Assembly: GCA_964016885.1 (NCBI GenBank)
Contig: OZ024762.1
Coordinates: 30,380,001 to 30,444,000 of the forward strand
DNA length: 64,000 bases
Direction of reading: 5' to 3'
DNA from: Eledone cirrhosa
Taxonomy: Eukaryota
Positions 43,001 through 57,100 of the stretch are shown piece by piece; position 1 is the stretch's first letter; every line of letters begins with the position of its first letter. The notes beneath the pieces were generated by a model that was not told the origin of the DNA, ran no database searches, and saw only the letters and a list, made by a program, of their open reading frames with translations. A program made the translations under genes and the position numbers.

Positions 43001-45230
43001 GCTGTCAGAAGTAACTCCATTGTTGGTGAGAATTCATTTAAGTCATGGTACTAGCTGTCAGAAGTAACTCCACTGTTGGTGAGAATTCATTTAAGTTCAT
43101 GGTACTAGCTGTCAGAAGTAACTCCACTGTTGGTGAGAATTCATTTAAGTTCATGGTACTAGCTGTCAGAAGTAACTCCACTGTTGGTGAGAATTCATTT
43201 AAGTTCATGGTACTAGCTGTCAGAAGTAACTCCACTGTTGGTGAGAATTCATTTAAGTTCATGGTACTAGCTGTCAGAAGTAACTCCAATGTTGGTGAGA
43301 ATTCATTTAAGTTCATGGTATTAGCTGTCAGAAGTAACTCCACTGTTGGTGAGAATTCATTTAAGTTCATGGTACTAGCTGTCAGAAGTAACTCCACTGT
43401 TGGTGAGAATTCATTTAAGTTCATGGTATTAGCTGTCAGAAGTAACTCCACTGTTGGTGAGAATTCATTTAAGTTCATGGTACTAGCTGTCAGAAGTAAC
43501 CCCAATGTTGGTGAGAATTCATTAAGTTCATGGTATTAGCTGTCAGAAGTCACTCCAATGTTGGTGAGAATTCATTTAAGTTCATGGTATTAGCTGTCAG
43601 AAGTCACTCCACTGTTGGTGAGAATACATTTAAGTTCATGGTACTAGCTGTCAGAAGTAACTCCACTGTTGGTGAGAATTCATTTAAGTTCATGGTACTA
43701 GCTGTCAGAAGGAACTCCAATGTTGGTGAGAATTCATTTAAGTTCATGGTATTAGCTGTCAGAAGGAACTCCACTGTTGGTGAGAATGCATTTAAGTTCA
43801 TGGTATTAGCTGTCAGAAGTAACTCCACTGTTGGTGAGAATTCATTTAAGTTCATGGTATTAGCTGTCAGAAGTAACTCCACTGTTGGTGAGAATTCATT
43901 TAAGTTCATGGTATTAGCTGTCAGATGGAACTCCAATGTTGGTGAGAATTCATTTAAGTTCATGGTATTAGCTGTCAGAAGGAACGCCACTGTTGGTGAG
44001 AATTCATTTAAGTCATGGTATTAGCTGTCAGAAGTAACTCCACTGTTGGTGAGAATTCATTTAAGTTCATGGTATTAGCTGTCAGAAGGAACTCCACTGT
44101 TGGTGAGAATTCATTTAAGTTCATGGTATTAGCTGTCAGAAGTAACTCCACTGTTGGTGAGAATTCATTTAAGTTCATGGTACTAGCTGTCAGAAGTAAC
44201 TCCACTTTTGGTGAGAATTCATTTAAGTTCATGGTACTAGCTGTCAGAAAGAACTCCACTGTTGGTGAGAATTCATTTAAGTTCATGGTATTAGCTGTCA
44301 GAAGTAACTCCAATGTTGGTGAGAATTCATTTAAGTCATGGTACTAGCTGTCAGAAGTAACTCCACTGTTGGTGAGAATTCATTTAAGTTCATGGTATTA
44401 GCTGTCAGAAGGAACTCCACTGTTGGTGAGAATTCATTTAAGTTCATGGTATTAGCTGTCAGAAGTAACTCCACTGTTGGTGAGAATTCATTTAAGTTCA
44501 TGGTACTAGCTGTCAGAAGTAACTCCAATGTTGGTGAGAATTCATTTAAGTTCATGGTATTAGCTGTAAGAAGTAACTCCACTGTTGGTGAGAATTCATT
44601 TAAGTTCATGGTATTAGCTGTCAGAAGTAACTCCACTGTTGGTGAGAATTCATTTAAGTTCATGGTATTAGCTGTCAGAAGTAACTCCACTGTTGGTGAG
44701 AATTCATTTAAGTTCATGGTATTAGCTGTCAGAAGTAACTCCACTGTTGGTGAGAATTCATTTAAGTCATGGTATTAGCTGTCAGAAGTAACTCCATTGT
44801 TGGTGAGAATTCATTTAAGTCATGGTACTAGCTGTCAGAAGTAACTCCACTGTTGGTGAGAATTCATTTAAGTCATGGTATTAGCTGTCAGAAGTAACTC
44901 CATTGTTGGTGAGAATTCATTTAAGTCATGGTACTAGCTGTCAGAAGTAACTCCACTGTTGGTGAGAATTCATTTAAGTTCATGGTACTAGCTGTCAGAA
45001 GTAACTCCACTGTTGGTGAGAATTCATTTAAGTTCATGGTACTAGCTGTCAGAAGTAACTCCACTGTTGGTGAGAATTCATTTAAGTTCATGGTACTAGC
45101 TGTCAGAAGTAACTCCACTGTTGGTGAGAATTCATTTAAGTTCATGGTACTAGCTGTCAGAAGTAACTCCAATGTTGGTGAGAATTCATTTAAGTTCATG
45201 GTATTAGCTGTCAGAAGTAACTCCACTGTT
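26798..45230. repeat. ~9.6-kb tandem duplication (about 26.8-36.1 kb vs 36.3-45.2 kb) with whole-monomer indels
   Basis: Offsets 9521 (26798/36319, 27121/36642), 9629 (28839/38468 through 33416/43045) and 9145 (34870/44015, 35783/44928). Shared rare markers: GGTTAG 32000/41629, GTCAGT 32467/42096, GGTAATAG 33048/42677, GAATAC 33998/43626, GAATGC 34482/43788. Confidence 0.93.
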
Positions 45231-48200
45231 GGTGAGAATTCATTTAAGTTCATGGTATTAGCTGTCAGAAGTAACTCCACTGTTGGTGAGAATTCATTTA
45301 AGTTCATGGTACTAGCTGTCAGCAGTAACCCCAATGTTGGTGAGAATTCATTTAAGTTCATGGTATTAGCTGTCAGAAGTCACTCCAATGTTGGTGAGAA
45401 TTCATTTAAGTTCATGGTATTAGCTGTCAGAAGTCACTCCACTGTTGGTGAGAATTCATTTAAGTTCATGGTACTAGCTGTCAGAAGTAACTCCACTGTT
45501 GGTGAGAATTCATTTAAGTTCATGGTACTAGCTGTCAGAAGGAACTCCATTGTTGGTGAGAATTCATTTAAGTTCATGGTATTAGCTGTCAGAAGGAACG
45601 CCACTGTTGGTGAGAATTCATTTAAGTCATGGTATTAGCTGTCAGAAGTAACTCCATTGTTGGTGAGAATTCATTTAAGTCATGGTACTAGCTGTCAGAA
45701 GTAACTCCACTGTTGGTGAGAATTCATTTAAGTTCATGGTATTAGCTGTCAGAAGGAACTCCACTGTTGGTGAGAATTCATTTAAGTTCATGGTATTAGC
45801 TGTCAGAAGTAACTCCACTGTTGGTGAGAATTCATTTAAGTTCATGGTACTAGCTGTCAGAAGTAACTCCACTGTTGGTGAGAATTCATTTAAGTTCATG
45901 GTACTAGCTGTCAGAAGTAACTCCACTGTTGGTGATAATTCATTTAAGTTCATGGTACTAGCTGTCAGAAGTAACTCCACTGTTGGTGAGAATTCATTTA
46001 AGTTCATGGTACTAGCTGTCAGAAGTAACTCCACTGTTGGTGAGAATTCATTTAAGTTCATGGTACTAGCTGTCAGAAGTAACTCCAATGTTGGTGAGAA
46101 TTCATTTAAGTTCATGGTATTAGCTGTCAGAAGTAACTCCACTGTTGGTGAGAATTCATTTAAGTTCATGGTACTAGCTGTCAGAAGTAACTCCACTGTT
46201 GGTGAGAATTCATTTAAGTTCATGGTACTAGCTGTCAGAAGTAACCCCAATGTTGGTGAGAATTCATTTAAGTTCATGGTATTAGCTGTCAGAAGTCACT
46301 CCAATGTTGGTGAGAATTCATTTAAGTTCATGGTATTAGCTGTCAGAAGTCACTCCACTGTTGGTGAGAATTCATTTAAGTTCATGGTACTAGCTGTCAG
46401 AAGTAACCCCAATGTTGGTGAGAATTCATTTAAGTTCATGGTACTAGCTGTCAGAAGTCACTCCAATGTTGGTGAGAATTCATTTAAGTTCATGGTATTA
46501 GCTGTCAGAAGTAACTCCACTGTTGGTGAGAATTCATTTAAGTTCATGGTATTAGCTGTCAGAAGTAACTCCACTGTTGGTGAGAATTCATTTAAGTTCA
46601 TGGTATTAGCTGTCAGAAGTAACTCCACTGTTGGTGAGAATTCATTTAAGTTCATGGTATTAGCTGTCAGAAGGAACTCCAATGTTGGTGAGAATTCATT
46701 TAAGTCATGGTACTAGCTGTCAGAAGTAACTCCACAGTTGGTGAGAATTCATTTAAGTTCATGGTATTAGCTGTCAGAAGGAACGCCGCTGTTGGTGAGA
46801 ATTCATTTAAGTTCATGGTATTAGCTGTCAGAAGTAACTCCACTGTTGGTGAGAATTCATTTAAGTTCATGGTATTAGCTGTCAGAAGTAACTCCACTGT
46901 TGGTGAGAATTCATTTAATTCATGGTATTAGCTGTCAGAAGTAACTCCATTGTTGGTGAGAATTCATTTAAGTCATGGTACTAGCTGTCAGAAGTAACTC
47001 CACTGTTGGTGAGAATTCATTTAAGTTCATGGTATTAGCTGTCAGAAGTAACTCCACTGTTGGTGAGAATTCATTTAAGTTCATGGTATTAGCTGTCAGA
47101 AGTAACTCCACTGTTGGTGAGAATTCATTTAAGTTCATGGTATTAGCTGTCAGAAGTAACTCCACTGTTGGTGAGAATTCATTTAAGTTCATGGTATTAG
47201 CTGTCAGAAGTAACTCCACTGTTGGTGAGAATTCATTTAAGTTCATGGTATTAGCTGTCAGAAGGAACTCCAATGTTGGTGAGAATTCATTTAAGTTCAT
47301 GGTATTAGCTGTCAGAAGGAACGCCACTGTTGGTGAGAATTCATTTAAGTCATGGTATTAGCTGTCAGAAGTAACTCCACTGTTGGTGAGAATTCATTTA
47401 AGTTCATGGTATTAGCTGTCAGAAGGAACTCCACTGTTGGTGAGAATTCATTTAAGTTCATGGTATTAGCTGTCAGAAGTAACTCCACTGTTGGTGAGAA
47501 TTCATTTAAGTTCATGGTACTAGCTGTCAGAAGTAACTCCACTTTTGGTGAGAATTCATTTAAGTTCATGGTACTAGCTGTCAGAAGGAACTCCACTGTT
47601 GGTGAGAATTCATTTAAGTTCATGGTATTAGCTGTCAGAAGTAACTCCAATGTTGGTGAGAATTCATTTAAGTCATGGTACTAGCTGTCAGAAGTAACTC
47701 CACTGTTGGTGAGAATTCATTTAAGTTCATGGTATTAGCTGTCAGAAGGAACTCCACTGTTGGTGAGAATTCATTTAAGTTCATGGTATTAGCTGTCAGA
47801 AGTAACTCCACTGTTGGTGAGAATTCATTTAAGTTCATGGTACTAGCTGTCAGAAGTAACTCCAATGTTGGTGAGAATTCATTTAAGTTCATGGTATTAG
47901 CTGTCAGAAGTAACTCCACTGTTGGTGAGAATTCATTTAAGTTCATGGTATTAGCTGTCAGAAGTAACTCCACTGTTGGTGAGAATTCATTTAAGTTCAT
48001 GGTACTAGCTGTCAGAAGTAACTCCACTGTTGGTGAGAATTCATTTAAGTTCATGGTATTAGCTGTCAGAAGTAACTCCACTGTTGGTGAGAATTCATTT
48101 AAGTCATGGTATTAGCTGTCAGAAGTAACTCCATTGTTGGTGAGAATTCATTTAAGTCATGGTATTAGCTGTCAGAAGTAACTCCACTGTTGATGAGAAT

Positions 48201-50202
48201 TCATTTAAGTCATGGTATTAGCTGTCAGAAGTAACTCCATTGTTGGTGAGAATTCATTTAAGTCATGGTACTAGCTGTCAGAAGTAACTCCACTGTTGGT
48301 GAGAATTCATTTAATTTCATGGTACTAGCTGTCAGAAGTAACTCCACTGTTGGTGAGAATTCATTTAAGTTCATGGTACTAGCTGTCAGAAGTAACTCCA
48401 CTGTTGGTGAGAATTCATTTAAGTTCATGGTACTAGCTGTCAGAAGTAACTCCACTGTTGGTGAGAATTCATTTAAGTTCATGGTACTAGCTGTCAGAAG
48501 TAACTCCAATGTTGGTGAGAATTCATTTAAGTTCATGGTATTAGCTGTCAGAAGTAACTCCACTGTTGGTGAGAATTCATTTAAGTTCATGGTATTAGCT
48601 CTCAGAAGTAACTCCACTGTTGGTGAGAATTCATTTAAGTTCATGGTACTAGCTGTCAGCAGTAACCCCAATGTTGGTGAGAATTCATTTAAGTTAATGG
48701 TATTAGCTGTCAGAAGTCACTCCAATGTTGGTGAGAATTCATTTAAGTTCATGGTATTAGCTGTCAGAAGTCACTCCACTGTTGGTGAGAATTCATTTAA
48801 GTTCATGGTACTAGCTGTCAGAAGTAACTCCACTGTTGGTGAGAATTCATTTAAGTTCATGGTACTAGCTGTCAGAAGGAACTCCATTGTTGGTGAGAAA
48901 TCATTTAAGTTCATGGTATTAGCTGTCAGAAGGAACGCCACTGTTGGTGAGAATTCATTTAAGTCATGGTATTAGCTGTCAGAAGTAACTCCATTGTTGG
49001 TGAGAATTCATTTAAGTCATGGTACTAGCTGTCAGAAGTAACTCCACTGTTGGTGAGAATTCATATAAGTTCATGGTATTAGCTGTCAGAAGGAACTCCA
49101 CTGTTGGTGAGAATTCATTTAAGTTCATGGTATTAGCTGTCAGAAGTAACTCCACTGTTGGTGAGATTTCATTTAAGTTCATGGTACTAGCTGTCAGAAG
49201 TAACTCCACTGTTGGTGAGAATTCATTTAAGTTCATGGTACTAGCTGTCAGAAGTAACTCCACTGTTGGTGAGAATTCATTTAAGTTCATGGTACTAGCT
49301 GTCAGAAGTAACTCCACTGTTGGTGAGAATTCATTTAAGTTCATGGTACTAGCTGTCAGAAGTAACTCCACTGTTGGTGAGAATTCATTTAAGTTCATGG
49401 TACTAGCTGTCAGAAGTAACTCCAATGTTGGTGAGAATTCATTTAAGTTCATGGTATTAGCTGTCAGAAGTAACTCCACTGTTGGTGAGAATTCATTTAA
49501 GTTCATGGTACTAGCTGTCAGAAGTAACTCCACTGTTGGTGAGAATTCATTTAAGTTCATGGTACTAGCTGTCAGAAGTAACCCCAATGTTGGTGAGAAT
49601 TCATTTAAGTTCATGGTATTAGCTGTCAGAAGTCACTCCAATGTTGGTGAGAATTCATTTAAGTTCATGGTATTAGCTGTCAGAAGTCACTCCACTGTTG
49701 GTGAGAATTCATTTAAGTTCATGGTACTAGCTGTCAGAAGTAACCCCAATGTTGGTGAGAATTCATTTAAGTTCATGGTACTAGCTGTCAGAAGTCACTC
49801 CAATGTTGGTGAGAATTCATTTAAGTTCATGGTATTAGCTGTCAGAAGTAACTCCACTGTTGGTGAGAATTCATTTAAGTTCATGGTATTAGCTGTCAGA
49901 AGTAACTCCACTGTTGGTGAGAATTCATTTAAGTTCATGGTATTAGCTGTCAGAAGTAACTCCACTGTTGGTGAGAATTCATTTAAGTTCATGGTATTAG
50001 CTGTCAGAAGGAACTCCAATGTTGGTGAGAATTCATTTAAGTCATGGTACTAGCTGTCAGAAGTAACTCCACTGTTGGTGAGAATTCATTTAAGTTCATG
50101 GTATTAGCTGTCAGAAGGAACGCCACTGTTGGTGAGAATTCATTTAAGTTCATGGTATTAGCTGTCAGAAGTAACTCCACTGTTGGTGAGAATTCATTTA
50201 AG
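43800..50202. repeat. Tandem duplication, offset 3,337 bp (62 monomers)
   Basis: ORF offsets 44015/47352, 44338/47675, 44928/48265, 45682/49019. Marker GTCAGCAGT at 45323/48660. 3337 = 62x54 - 11. Confidence 0.9.
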
Positions 50203-50958
50203 TCATGGTATTAGCTGTCAGAAGTAACTCCACTGTTGGTGAGAATTCATTTAAGTTCATGGTATTAGCTGTCAGAAGTAACTCCACTGTTGGTGAGAAT
50301 TCATTTAAGTTCATGGTATTAGCTGTCAGAAGTCACTCCACTGTTGGTGAGAATTCATTTAAGTTCATGGTACTAGCTGTCAGAAGTAACCCCAATGTTG
50401 GTGAGAATTCATTTAAGTTCATGGTACTAGCTGTCAGAAGTCACTCCAATGTTGGTGAGAATTCATTTAAGTTCATGGTATTAGCTGTCAGAAGTAACTC
50501 CACTGTTGGTGAGAATTCATTTAAGTTCATGGTATTAGCTGTCAGAAGTAACTCCACTGTTGGTGAGAATTCATTTAAGTTCATGGTATTAGCTGTCAGA
50601 AGTAACTCCACTGTTGGTGAGAATTCATTTAAGTTCATGGTATTAGCTGTCAGAAGGAACTCCAATGTTGGTGAGAATTCATTTAAGTCATGGTACTAGC
50701 TGTCAGAAGTAACTCCACTGTTGGTGAGAATTCATTTAAGTTCATGGTATTAGCTGTCAGAAGGAACGCCACTGTTGGTGAGAATTCATTTAAGTTCATG
50801 GTATTAGCTGTCAGAAGTAACTCCACTGTTGGTGAGAATTCATTTAAGTCATGGTATTAGCTGTCAGAAGTAACTCCACTGTTGGTGAGAATTCATTTAA
50901 GTTCATGGTATTAGCTGTCAGAAGTAACTCCACTGTTGGTGAGAATTCATTTAAGTTC
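49667..50958. repeat. Tandem duplication of 646 bp (12 monomers)
   Basis: Same monomer order starting at 49667 and 50313. Minus-strand ORFs 49795/50441. 646 = 12x54 - 2. Confidence 0.8.
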
Positions 50959-51173
50959 ATGGTATTAGCGGTCAGAAGTAACTCCACTGTTGGTGAGAAT
51001 TCATTTAAGTTCATGGTATTAGCTGTCAGAAGTAACTCCACTGTTGGTGAGAATTCATTTAAGTTCATGGTATTAGCTGTCAGAAGTAACTCCACTGTTG
51101 GTGAGAATTCATTTAAGTTCATGGTATTAGCTGTCAGAAGGAACGCCACTGTTGGTGAGAATCCATTTAAGTC

Positions 51174-54100
51174 ATGGTATTAGCTGTCAGAAGTAACTCC
51201 ACTGTTGGTGAGAATTCATTTAAGTTCATGGTATTAGCTGTCAGAAGGAACTCCACTGTTGGTGAGAATTCATTTAAGTTCATGGTATTAGCTGTCAGAA
51301 GTAACTCCACTGTTGGTGAGAATTCATTTAAGTTCATGGTACTAGCTGTCAGAAGTAACTCCACTTTTGGTGAGAATTCATTTAAGTTCATGGTACTAGC
51401 TGTCAGAAGGAACTCCACTGTTGGTGAGAATTCATTTAAGTTCATGGTATTAGCTGTCAGAAGTAACTCCAATGTTGGTGAGAATTCATTTAAGTCATGG
51501 TACTAGCTGTCAGAAGTAACTCCACTGTTGGTGAGAATTCATTTAAGTTCATGGTATTAGCTGTCAGAAGGAACTCCACTGTTGGTGAGAATTCATTTAA
51601 GTTCATGGTATTAGCTGTCAGAAGTAACTCCACTGTTGGTGAGAATTCATTTAAGTTCATGGTACTAGCTGTCAGAAGTAACTCCAATGTTGGTGAGAAT
51701 TCATTTAAGTTCATGGTATTAGCTGTCAGAAGTCACTCCACTGTTGGTGAGAATTCATTTAAGTTCATGGTACTAGCTGTCAGAAGTAACCCCAATGTTG
51801 GTGAGAATTCATTTAAGTTCATGGTACTAGCTGTCAGAAGTCACTCCAATGTTGGTGAGAATTCATTTAAGTTCATGGTATTAGCTGTCAGAAGTAACTC
51901 CACTGTTGGTGAGAATTCATTTAAGTTCATGGTATTAGCTGTCAGAAGTAACTCCACTGTTGGTGAGAATTCATTTAAGTTCATGGTATTAGCTGTCAGA
52001 AGTAACTCCACTGTTGGTGAGAATTCATTTAAGTTCATTGTATTAGCTGTCAGAAGGAACTCCAATGTTGGTGAGAATTCATTTAAGTCATGGTACTAGC
52101 TGTCAGAAGTAACTCCACTGTTGGTGAGAATTCATTTAAGTTCATGGTATTAGCTGTCAGAAGGAACGCCACTATTGGTGAGAATTCATTTAAGTTCATG
52201 GTATTAGCTGTCAGAAGTAACTCCACTGTTGGTGAGAATTCATTTAAGTTCATGGTATTAGCTGTCAGAAGTAACTCCACTGTTGGTGACAATTCATTTA
52301 AGTCATGGTATTAGCTGTCAGAAGTAACTCCATTGTTGGTGAGAATTCATTTAAGTCATGGTACTAGCTGTCAGAAGTAACTCCACTGTTGGTGAGAATT
52401 CATTTAAGTTCATGGTATTAGCTGTCAGAAGTAACTCCACTGTTGGTGAGAATTCATTTAAGTTCATGGTATTAGCTGTCAGAAGTAACTCCACTGTTGG
52501 TGAGAATTCAATTAAGTTCATGGTACTAGCTGTCAGAAGTAACTCCACTGTTGGCGAGAATTCATTTAAGTTCATGGTATTAGCTGTCAGAAGTAACTCC
52601 ACTGTTGGTGAGAATTCATTTAAGTCATGGTATTAGCTGTCAGAAGTAACTCCATTGTTGGTGAGAATTCATTTAAGTCATGGTACTAGCTGTCAGAAGT
52701 AACTCCACTGTTGGTGAGAATTCATTTAAGTTCATGGTACTAGCTGTCAGAAGTAACCCCAATGTTGGTGAGAATTCATTTAAGTTCATGGTATTAGCTG
52801 TCAGAAGTCACTCCAATGTTGGTGAGAATTCATTTAAGTTCATGGTATTAGCTGTCAGAAGTAACTCCACTGTTGGTGAGAATTCATTTAAGTTCATGGT
52901 ATTAGCTGTCAGAAGTAACTCCACTGTTGGTGAGAATTCATTTAAGTTCATGGTACTAGCTGTCAGAAGTAACTCCACTTTTGGTGAGAATTCATTTAAG
53001 TTCATGGTACTAGCTGTCAGAAGGAACTCCACTGTTGGTGAGAATTCATGTAAGTTCATGGTATTAGCTGTCAGAAGTAACTCCAATGTTGGTGAGAATT
53101 CATTTAAGTCATGGTACTAGCTGTCAGAAGTAACTCCACTGTTGGTGAGAATTCATTTAAGTTCATGGTATTAGCTGTCAGAATGAACTCCACTGTTGGT
53201 GAGAATTCATTTAAGTTCATGGTATTAGCTGTCAGAAGTAACTCCACTGTTGGTGAGAATTCATTTAAGTTCATGGTACTAGCTGTCAGAAGTAACTCCA
53301 ATGTTGGTGAGAATTCATTTAAGTTCATGGTATTAGCTGTCAGAAGTAACTCCACTGTTGGTGAGAATTCATTTAAGTTCATGGTACTAGCTGTCAGAAG
53401 TAACTCCACTGTTGGTGAGAATTCATTTAAGTTCATGGTATTAGCTGTCAGAAGTAACTCCACTGTTGGTGAGAATTCATTTAAGTTCATGGTATTAGCT
53501 GTCAGAAGTAACTCCACTGTTGGTGAGAATTCATTTAAGTCATGGTATTAGCTGTCAGAAGTAACTCCATTGTTGGTGAGAATTCATTTAAGTCATGGTA
53601 CTAGCTGTCAGAAGTAACTCCACTGTTGGTGAGAATTCATTTAAGTTCATGGTATTAGCTGTCAGAAGTAACTCCACTGTTGGTGAGAATTCATTTAAGT
53701 TCATGGTACTAGCTGTCAGAAGGAACTCCACTGTTGGTGAGAATTCATTTAAGTTCATGGTATTAGCTGTCAGAAGTAACTCCAATGTTGGTGAGAATTC
53801 ATTTAAGTCTTGTTACTAGCTGTCAGAAGTAACTCCACTGTTGGTGAGAATTCATTTAAGTTCATGGTATTAGCTGTCAGAAGGAACTCCACTGTTGGTG
53901 AGAATTCATTTAAGTTCATGGTACTAGCTGTCAGAAGTAACTCCACTGTTGGTGAGAATTCATTTAAGTTCATGGTACTAGCTGTCAGAAGTAACTCCAC
54001 TGTTGGTGAGAATTCATTTAAGTTCATGGTACTAGCTGTCAGAAGTAACTCCACTGTTGGTGAGAATTCATTTAAGTTCATGGTACTAGCTGTCAGAAGG

Positions 54101-57100
54101 AACTCCACTGTTGGTGAGAATTCATTTAAGTTCATGGTATTAGCTGTCAGAAGTAACTCCAATGTTGGTGAGAATTCATTTAAGTCATGGTACTAGCTGT
54201 CAGAAGTAACTCCACTGTTGGTGAGAATTCATTTAAGTTCATGGTATTAGCTGTCAGAAGGAACTCCACTGTTGGTGAGAATTCATTTAAGTTCATGGTA
54301 TTAGCTGTCAGAAGTAACTCCACTGTTGGTGAGAATTCATTTAAGTTCATGGTACTAGCTGTCAGAAGTAACTCCAATGTTGGTGAGAATTCATTTAAGT
54401 TCATGGTATTAGCTGTCAGAAGTCACTCCACTGTTGGTGAGAATTCATTTAAGTTCATGGTACTAGCTGTCAGAAGTAACCCCAATGTTGGTGAGAATTC
54501 ATTTAAGTTCATGGTACTAGCTGTCAGAAGTCACTCCAATGTTGGTGAGAATTCATTTAAGTTCATGGTATTAGCTGTCAGAAGTAACTCCACTGTTGGT
54601 GAGAATTCATTTAAGTTCATGTTATTAGCTGTCAGAAGTAACTCCACTGTTGGTGAGAATTCATTTAAGTTCATGGTATTAGCTGTCAGAAGTAACTCCA
54701 CTGTTGGTGAGAATTCATTTAAGTTCATGGTATTAGCTGTCAGAAGGAACTCCAATGTTGGTGAGAATTCATTTAAGTCATGGTACTAGCTGTCAGAAGT
54801 AACTCCACTGTTGGTGAGAATTCATTTAAGTTCATGGTATTAGCTGTCAGAAGGAACGCCACTGTTGGTGAGAATTCATTTAAGTTCATGGTACTAGCTG
54901 TCAGAAGTAACTCCACTGTTGGTGAGAATTCATTTAAGTTCATGGTATTAGCTGTCAGAAGGAACGCCACTGTTGGTGAGAATTCATTTAAGTCATGGTA
55001 TTAGCTGTCAGAAGTAACTCCACTGTTGGTGAGAATTCATTTAAGTTCATGGTATTAGCTGTCAGAAGGAACTCCACTGTTGGTGAGAATTCATTTAAGT
55101 TCATGGTATTAGCTGTCAGAAGTAACTCCACTGTTGGTGAGAATTCATTTAAGTTCATGGTACTAGCTGTCAGAAGTAACTCCACTTTTGGTGAGAATTC
55201 ATTTAAGTTCATGGTACTAGCTGTCAGAAGGAACTCCACTGTCGGTGAGAATTCATTTAAGTTCATGGTATTAGCTGTCAGAAGTAACTCCAATGTTGGT
55301 GAGAATTCATTTAAGTCATGGTACTAGCTGTCAGAAGTAACTCCACTGTTGGTGAGAATTCATTTAAGTTCATGGTATTAGCTGTCAGAAGGAACTCCAC
55401 TGTTGGTGAGAATTCATTTAAGTTCATGGTATTAGCTGTCAGAAGTAACTCCACTGTTGGTGAGAATTCATTTAAGTTCATGGTACTAGCTGTCAGAAGT
55501 AACTCCAATGTTGGTGAGAATTCATTTAAGTTCATGGTATTAGCTGTCAGAAGTCACTCCACTGTTGGTGAGAATTCATTTAAGTTCATGGTACTAGCTG
55601 TCAGAAGTAACCCCAATGTTGGTGAGAATTCATTTAAGTTCATGGTACTAGCTGTCAGAAGTCACTCCAATGTTGGTGAGAATTCATTTAAGTTCATGGT
55701 ATTAGCTGTCAGAAGTAACTCCACTGTTGGTGAGAATTCATTTAAGTTCATGGTATTAGCTGTCAGAAGTAACTCCACTGTTGGTGAGAATTCATTTAAG
55801 TTCATGGTATTAGCTGTCAGAAGTAACTCCACTGTTGGTGAGAATTCATTTAAGTTCATGGTATTAGCTGTCAGAAGGAACTCCAATGTTGGTGAGAATT
55901 CATTTAAGTCATGGTACTAGCTGTCAGAAGTAACTCCACTGTTGGTGAGAATTCATTTAAGTTCATGGTATTAGCTGTCAGAAGGAAGGCCACTGTTGGT
56001 GAGAATTCATTTAAGTTCATGGTATTAGCTGTCAGAAGTAACTCCACTGTTGGTGAGAATTCATTTAAGTTCATGGTATTAGCTGTCAGAAGTAACTCCA
56101 CTGTTGGTGAGAATTCATTTAAGTCATGGTATTAGCTGTCAGAAGTAACTCCATTGTTGGTGAGAATTCATTTAAGTCATGGTACTAGCTGTCAGAAGTA
56201 ACTCCACTGTTGGTGAGAATTCATTTAAGTTCATGGTATTAGCTGTCAGAAGTAACTCCACTGTTGGTGAGAATTCATTTAAGTTCATGGTATTAGCTGT
56301 CAGAAGTAACTCCACTGTTGGTGAGAATTCATTTAAGTTCATGGTATTAGCTGTCAGAAGTAACTCCACTGTTGGTGAGAATTCATTTAAGTTCATGGTA
56401 TTAGCTGTCAGAAGTAACTCCACTGTTGGTGAGAATTCATTTAAGTTCATGGTATTAGCTGTCAGAAGGAACTCCAATGTTGGTGAGAATTCATTTAAGT
56501 TCATGGTATTAGCTGTCAGAAGGAACGCCACTGTTGGTGAGAATTCATTTAAGTCATGGTATTAGCTGTCAGAAGTAACTCCACTGTTGGTGAGAATTCA
56601 TTTAAGTTCATGGTATTAGCTGTCAGAAGGAACTCCACTGTTGGTGAGAATTCATTTAAGTTCATGGTATTAGCTGTCAGAAGTAACTCCACTGTTGGTG
56701 AGAATTCATTTAAGTTCATGGTACTAGCTGTCAGAAGTAACTCCACTTTTGGTGAGAATTCATTTAAGTTCATGGTACTAGCTGTCAGAAGGAACTCCAC
56801 TGTCGGTGAGAATTCATTTAAGTTCATGGTATTAGCTGTCAGAAGTAACTCCAATGTTGGTGAGAATTCATTTAAGTCATGGTACTAGCTGTCAGAAGTA
56901 ACTCCACTGTTGGTGAGAATTCATTTAAGTTCATGGTATTAGCTGTCAGAAGGAACTCCACTGTTGGTGAGAATTCATTTAAGTTCATGGTATTAGCTGT
57001 CAGAAGTAACTCCACTGTTGGTGAGAATTCATTTAAGTTCATGGTACTAGCTGTCAGAAGTAACTCCAATGTTGGTGAGAATTCATTTAAGTTCATGGTA

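Noticed and set aside
43519-43527. Atypical 1-bp deletion (TCATTAAG instead of TCATTTAAG)
   Set aside because: It is a singleton in a T homopolymer and absent from the twin copy near 33.9 kb, so it is as likely a sequencing error as a real mutation.
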